Origin: Tubulanus polymorphus
Taxonomy: Eukaryota > Animalia > Nemertea
NCBI RefSeq assembly: GCF_964204645.1
Contig: NC_134028.1
Location: forward strand, 2,170,001 to 2,234,000
Reading direction: 5' to 3'
DNA length: 64,000 nucleotides
Shown here: positions 59,201 to 64,000 of the stretch, one piece after another
Layout: every line of letters starts with the position of its first letter
Position numbering within the stretch: the stretch's first letter is position 1
Notes under the pieces: model-generated
Seen by the model: the letters and a program-made list of their open reading frames with translations, nothing else
Told to the model about the DNA's origin: nothing
Databases searched by the model: none
Made by a program: the position numbers and the translations under genes

Positions 59201-62162
59201 ATGAAAAGTCAAGGTCAGTCGCATGAGGGGATGGAATGAAGCATTGAAATTGGGCGGGTGGTTGAAAATTCGGCAATTTCATTCAGTCTCTTGTCAACTG
59301 CATGCCCCTCTGAATCTACTATGCAATATTGCTGTTTAATGCACTCCTATTTTCTGATTTTTCAATTGATGAATATCTCAAATGCATGATGGGACGAATT
59401 CAGACGCGTCCACGTTCAGGTGCCTAGCAAAATTCAATATATAAATCAAGTACATTACGCGATACGCTGTTCTTACCTCCGCATGATTAATACCTCGAGT
59501 ATAATAATAATTGTGTAATCTTACCGGTGATTGCTTGCTTGAATTGATGTTTATCACTTGCTAAGAAATGAAGTCATTTTGATAAATAGCCTATATAAAG
59601 CCGACCGGAAAAAAAGAAAAAAGTCTTCCCGAAAGAAAAGATTGCAAAAGGAGATTGGAAAATGTATATCTGGCAATTGCTCGGGTTGAATGTGGATGAA
59701 ATCTTTTGCATAACTTCATTAATCAACAGTGGCACCTGGTTAAAGTTTTCTTCATCGCTGACCCTCAGTGTTGACTGCTTTTGCTCCGAGGTTGAAAGGT
59801 TCACGCCACTTAAATGATTCATAGCTATCAAATGTTTATGTTTATATGATAAGATTTGCAGGCATGCAGTAGGAAGAGGCAATTATCTACCGCGTTAAAA
59901 AATATGAGAATGTTTTTCGGATCTCCCGGTCGGATGATATGTATACCAAGACAAATTTAGAAATTATTCTCTCAAAATGCTCAGTCCTGATATACAGTAT
60001 TCTAAATTTCACAGACCTGAATTAACTGTAGTTAACATTGGCATTATACAAAGTTTCACTTCACTCGGTAAAACAAAACATTATCAGCGTAAGCACTAGT
60101 TATTTTCAGACATCAGTAAACAATAGGACTAATAAACTGTTATACAGCAGCACTCACATGTGCAGCGCTGCCTGTGAATATCTTATACCCAGCGTTTCCA
60201 AGAACTTCAAAACATCTTCAAGAGATGTTAATGCATTATTGACAATTAAAAAAAAAACAGGTTGATGTAGAGTGAATATTGTTCTTCGGAATTAGATTTT
60301 CTTCTGGAAAGTAATAACATTTTAGGGATTTATCTCATAGATCTTCAAACTCTGTATCCATTTGAGTGATGTTAAAATCTCTTCAAATCTCCATTCGATC
60401 GTAATTTATCCTAAGTATAGAATGAAGGTTTTTTTCTTAGAATAACATGTAAATTAACCTAAGGTTTTCCCATAAAGATAGATTAGTGCTAAGCGTAGAA
60501 AGTACCCTACCCTTTCTAAAGGCATTTTCACCTACTACAACCAATGGTAATGGATTTTCCCCTCCCGAGCTCAGTTTGTGTGTAGTTATTTTGATATAAT
60601 TCTGACCGTTTTAATTTGTGTTACTATTGTGTAACATTTAGGGTTGATGAAGAGTTTACAGAGTGAGTAACAAGTGTATGAAATATTCTTTTGTTGTGTT
60701 TTTAATTGTTGTGTGAGATGCATGATACCATTTTTTTCGAAATATTTTTTTGATCTTACCCCGGAGTCTCGAGTCACCTACGAGCAATCGTGATTGCTTG
60801 TAACTTTGAGCAATCATGATTGCTCGTAGCTTTCAACCAACAAGCATAACTACAATACCATTTACCTCACCAGATGGCATGACTAACAGTCAGCCTCACA
60901 ATTAAACCTGTTCCCGTTGAGGCCTGAGACCGTGAAGGGGTATTTTCTTAAACAGTCTTGAATAATCATCTGTATGCATTTTTTTTCAGTGGTCGACTTA
61001 ATCATTTTCGTTTTTATGATTTTTTCGCATGTCAAACCGTAGAGAGAGAATTAACATTTTACTTTTCACTTTGATATAATTTGACCGCTATAATGCATGA
61101 TTATGATCTCAACTATTATTGAAAAATAGTATAATCATCCTGAAAATGGCACTAGGCAGCGTACGGTGAAGTTGCCAAATTGAACTACTTACGCAAACTC
61201 TCAATTTGTACCAATCGACGAACGTTGTGACACAGAGAAGATTCAACAACCATCAATTATTTATCATATAGAAATCCATCTTCCATCTCTTAAGTAGAAA
61301 ATTTAGCATGACCTTATCACGAAATCAGTTCAGCTTTGATTTTTACAACCAGTAGATTTATTAAGATTTTGGCAGAATTACACGTGTACTATATGTGTAC
61401 TATATTTTCAGACGAAACTATTATTTTCCTATTTTTGATTTATTGCCCCCATTTTCATCTTCCCTTTGCTTGCATGTTGAAACGAGAGATCCTGATTTCA
61501 ATTTTTTGTATAGTGTTTAAATCTAGAAATTCTTATTAGTTTATGCTTTTTCCAATCATTAGCAAATGTAGCATTATTTTCTTGCATTGCTTAGCCTGAA
61601 TCTATATATAGCCTTTCTAGCATTTTATGGTTTGAATAGATGAATTTGCGACGTATTTGATTTGATAGTGTTCATAGTGATAATAACACTCAAAAAAACT
61701 GTGCCTCCGATGGTAAAACATATTTAGTTTTGGTGAATGAATATATTCCATTTCTTTAAGATTACCCCTGTTTAATTTCATTGGTTAAATGAATTTTATC
61801 GTTTACAATTTAATACGAAAATCTCAAATAAATCATGAATTGGAAAATTATAAGAATGAGTTTTTATTTTATGAATTTTGTATATTATAGCTATAATTTT
61901 GTGTTCTAATTTCTCAATCGTGTGATGATTGTTTTGAAAGAATCGTCCCGCACGGGATTCTAATAGATCGTTATTTTTGCTCGTCTAATTTCAGGAAAGA
62001 GTACTGCACGATAGACGAAGACGATCCATTTATACCTCGCGCGTCGAACAGTCCTTCATATCACAGGTACGGATCGGTGAATGATGTCATGTCACCTCAC
62101 TATCCACACACTACTACTACTGCTACCACTACAATCTCTCCATCGGACAATCATTCCACGTC
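36612..62162 (+). CDS. TTYH: Protein tweety homologue (TTYH family), 3'-incomplete in this window
   Basis: Exons 36612-36785 (WLANFFHSFPHVNLSF..STFDP..YQE), 37096-37262 (SLLFL TM1, CYRCC, TM2), 38045-38156 (GVGFLGNEKLHQG), 53483-53730 (EFYR), 54917-55012, 55685-55757, 56355-56421 (GDFCVDPD), 57364-57416 (YYMNC..NPF), 57623-57724, 57814-57953 (VDCHGIHKAY..L.GVC), 58046-58147 (TM5), optional 58755-58820, 61995-62162 (DEDDPF). No stop codon is reached. Confidence 0.92.
37334..37551. mobile_element. MITE-like foldback element in tweety intron 2
   Basis: 33-bp inverted arms aaatttgggtaaaagtgcagatccgcacctctc / gagaggtgcagatctgcacttttaccaaaattt with 2 mismatches. Confidence 0.65.
40300..40450 (-). 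mobile_element. tRNA-derived SINE-like fragment
   Basis: The minus strand has an A-box-like tggccgagt and a B-box ggttcaaaccc at tRNA-like spacing, followed by a non-tRNA body and an A-rich tract. No complete cloverleaf. Confidence 0.45.
46893..47790. repeat. 48/44-bp minisatellite, about 19 copies
   Basis: Unit catctctgagtgcagctttttcatcctcgccctttc(tttc)accattct; two length variants differ by one tttc. Confidence 0.95.
48447..49540. repeat. 38-bp purine-rich minisatellite, about 29 copies
   Basis: Unit tggagtggagatatatgagaggtcgggtgtacatcctc with a few recurring variants. Confidence 0.95.
58361..58470 (+). ncRNA. Minimal hammerhead ribozyme motif with an inverted partial copy (Penelope-like remnant) in a tweety intron
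   Basis: CTGAAGA (58430-58436) - a - gggtg[ataggaac]cacct - GAAA-TA-TT, then tcaaga, which partly pairs with upstream tttaga. Inverted copy tggttcctatcgccctccttcagtct at 58361-58386. Confidence 0.65.
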
Positions 62163-62210
62163 GTGAGTAGTTACTACCCACACTACTGTCCACAATTTAT
62201 CGCTCTAACT

Positions 62211-62550
62211 CATCCTCCCCCGGCAGGGATTCGAACCTGATGGCATCGAGATTGCCACGGTACGAAACCCTGCCATAATCGACCGTGTGCGCAGATACAT
62301 GCGCAGTTCAGATGATGTGATTTTTAGCCAATCAGAAATCCCGTTTTATTTTAACCCGGGTTTTCCCATTTATAGTTCTTCCTTGAAATTTACCTCAACG
62401 ATTAAACAACGAGCAATCTGATTGGTGCCGCCAGTTTTCGTTCGGAAAGCTGCGCATGTACCTGCGCACCCGGTCTACTGTGGCAGGGGTTCGTGCCGTG
62501 GCTGAGTGTAGCGATGCCATCAAGTTTCGAGTCCCTGCAGAGGGAGGATG
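62211..62550. mobile_element. 340-bp foldback CATC...GATG element with arms of about 100 bp and a 9-bp TSD
   Basis: gctctaact at 62202-62210 and 62551-62559. The arms catcctcccc..cagggattcgaacctgatggcatcg..tgcgcag are mirrored at 62447-62550. Confidence 0.8.
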
Positions 62551-64000
62551 GCTCTAACTCAACATAACTCATCCATCCAGACACCACACGTCATTAGTTT
62601 GTGCTCTGTGGATAGAGGTGGCCTTAAATCCTCGCTCTTACTGTAGCTGTGGTTGGAGATTGAGTGGTTTCTACTCTGTTCTTCAGATGACAGAGGGGTG
62701 TAAGAAATAAACCCACTTTCTTCAGACCAGAACTGGGAATCGATACGGTTTTTAACCACTTATTGGTTTGAAGCGGCGGTGTTGGCTAAGACCTTCATTC
62801 ACTCGAGCCTCAAACCTCCAACTACCTGACCTACGAATTCATTACTTGATATCAGGATGAGTTTTGTTGAAGAATGTTCTAAACTCGTCGCTCTTGTCTA
62901 TTTGAATCCTATTTTGAGTTGAGTGTAGAACATTCATGGAGTAATACCACCATGTCATCGGTGTGAGATAATCTTAAAACCAAACTGTAAAAGAATTATA
63001 GAAAATTGGCACAAATCTCGCAGCAATGAACTGGTGAACATAACCCATAATTCATTCTGATAATCTTTTTGCTGTGTTTTTATCGATTAATATATAAAAC
63101 CAAGGTTCTCATTCGATCTGATTTTTGTGCTTACTACGTTCAAAAGATTATCACGACTGAATTGTGGCCATCTTTTATTATGAATTTTTCATACAATCAA
63201 TTTCTACTTATAGATTTTTTGAGTATATCAATTAAATCTCTATCTGTTATTGGCATTCAAACTTTTTTTCTAAGTTGATATTGTAATATATAATTATTTC
63301 GTAGAATATTTTCTTTTTTCATTTTGTTACTTAGTTTTTTTTTTTTATTCTTTATATTTCTATGGAAGCAATTTTCTGGCAATAACATTTCATAAAAACT
63401 GATTGTAGACAAATGATAATAATTCGATGATATTAAGTTAGACAAAATTGTGGATACGAAAATGAAATTTGTCCTTCAGGAGAGAAATGTAAGTAAAGTT
63501 CATGCATTTCTAAACGCCCGCGAAATGTGGGAACTAGATTTGTAGAATTAACTGTTTGTGGTGGTAGTTGGCACTTGCATATTGAAGACGCTGCACTGTA
63601 AACGCACTGTTCAAGTTCATTCAACTAATCGATTGTCTACAAATCGCATGTTGAAATTACGATACACATTTTCTGTTCTGTCTTTAATTTTCTCAATTGT
63701 TTATAATAGTTTCTCGGTTAACCATTTATTTTATTCAGTTTCAGTTATTAGTTGATATATTATTGATTTGAACGCAATTATTATTAATCATAGTGATTAT
63801 TATTTATAATTCATATATGATGTATTTGAAGTAGGCGTGTGATGTATTTGTTCATGTGATGTCTGTCTCTCTCTGTTTGTTACCTGTTCCCTGTTTGTCT
63901 ACTCTTATCGTTCTCTTCTGTCTCATGATAGCATACATCACTAACCTTTAATCTGTATTGGGAAATATTGTCCTGAATTTCCCATAAAGTCATTAGAGGT

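Overview
Eukaryotic, AT-rich animal DNA with many short GT-AG introns. It is most likely an invertebrate (possibly spiralian), but the taxon cannot be fixed from the window. All gene models were assembled by hand from splice sites and reading-frame continuity. (1) 1-19.4 kb holds a tandem array of secreted, cysteine-rich mosaic genes: signal peptide - kringle - unrecognised 6-Cys domain - Cys-rich modules - VWD(GDPH)/C8/reduced TIL - EGF repeats. There are two complete paralogues (2367-11256, about 1517 aa with an internally duplicated VWD block; 13664-19130, about 992 aa) and the last UTR exon of a third at 1-180. (2) ANKRD40 (+, 22944-24829). (3) MKK3/6-type MAP2K (-, 29472-34890), with a candidate alternative first coding exon. 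(4) A tweety (TTYH) homologue (+, from 36612 past the window end) with a 15 kb intron carrying two minisatellites. Non-coding highlights are three Penelope-type minimal hammerhead ribozyme motifs, a Harbinger-type MITE inside a splice donor whose empty site is visible in the paralogue, a CATC...GATG TIR family carrying a pol III B-box-like motif, a 240-bp perfect palindrome built on (TA)n, and convergent CTCF-like motifs.
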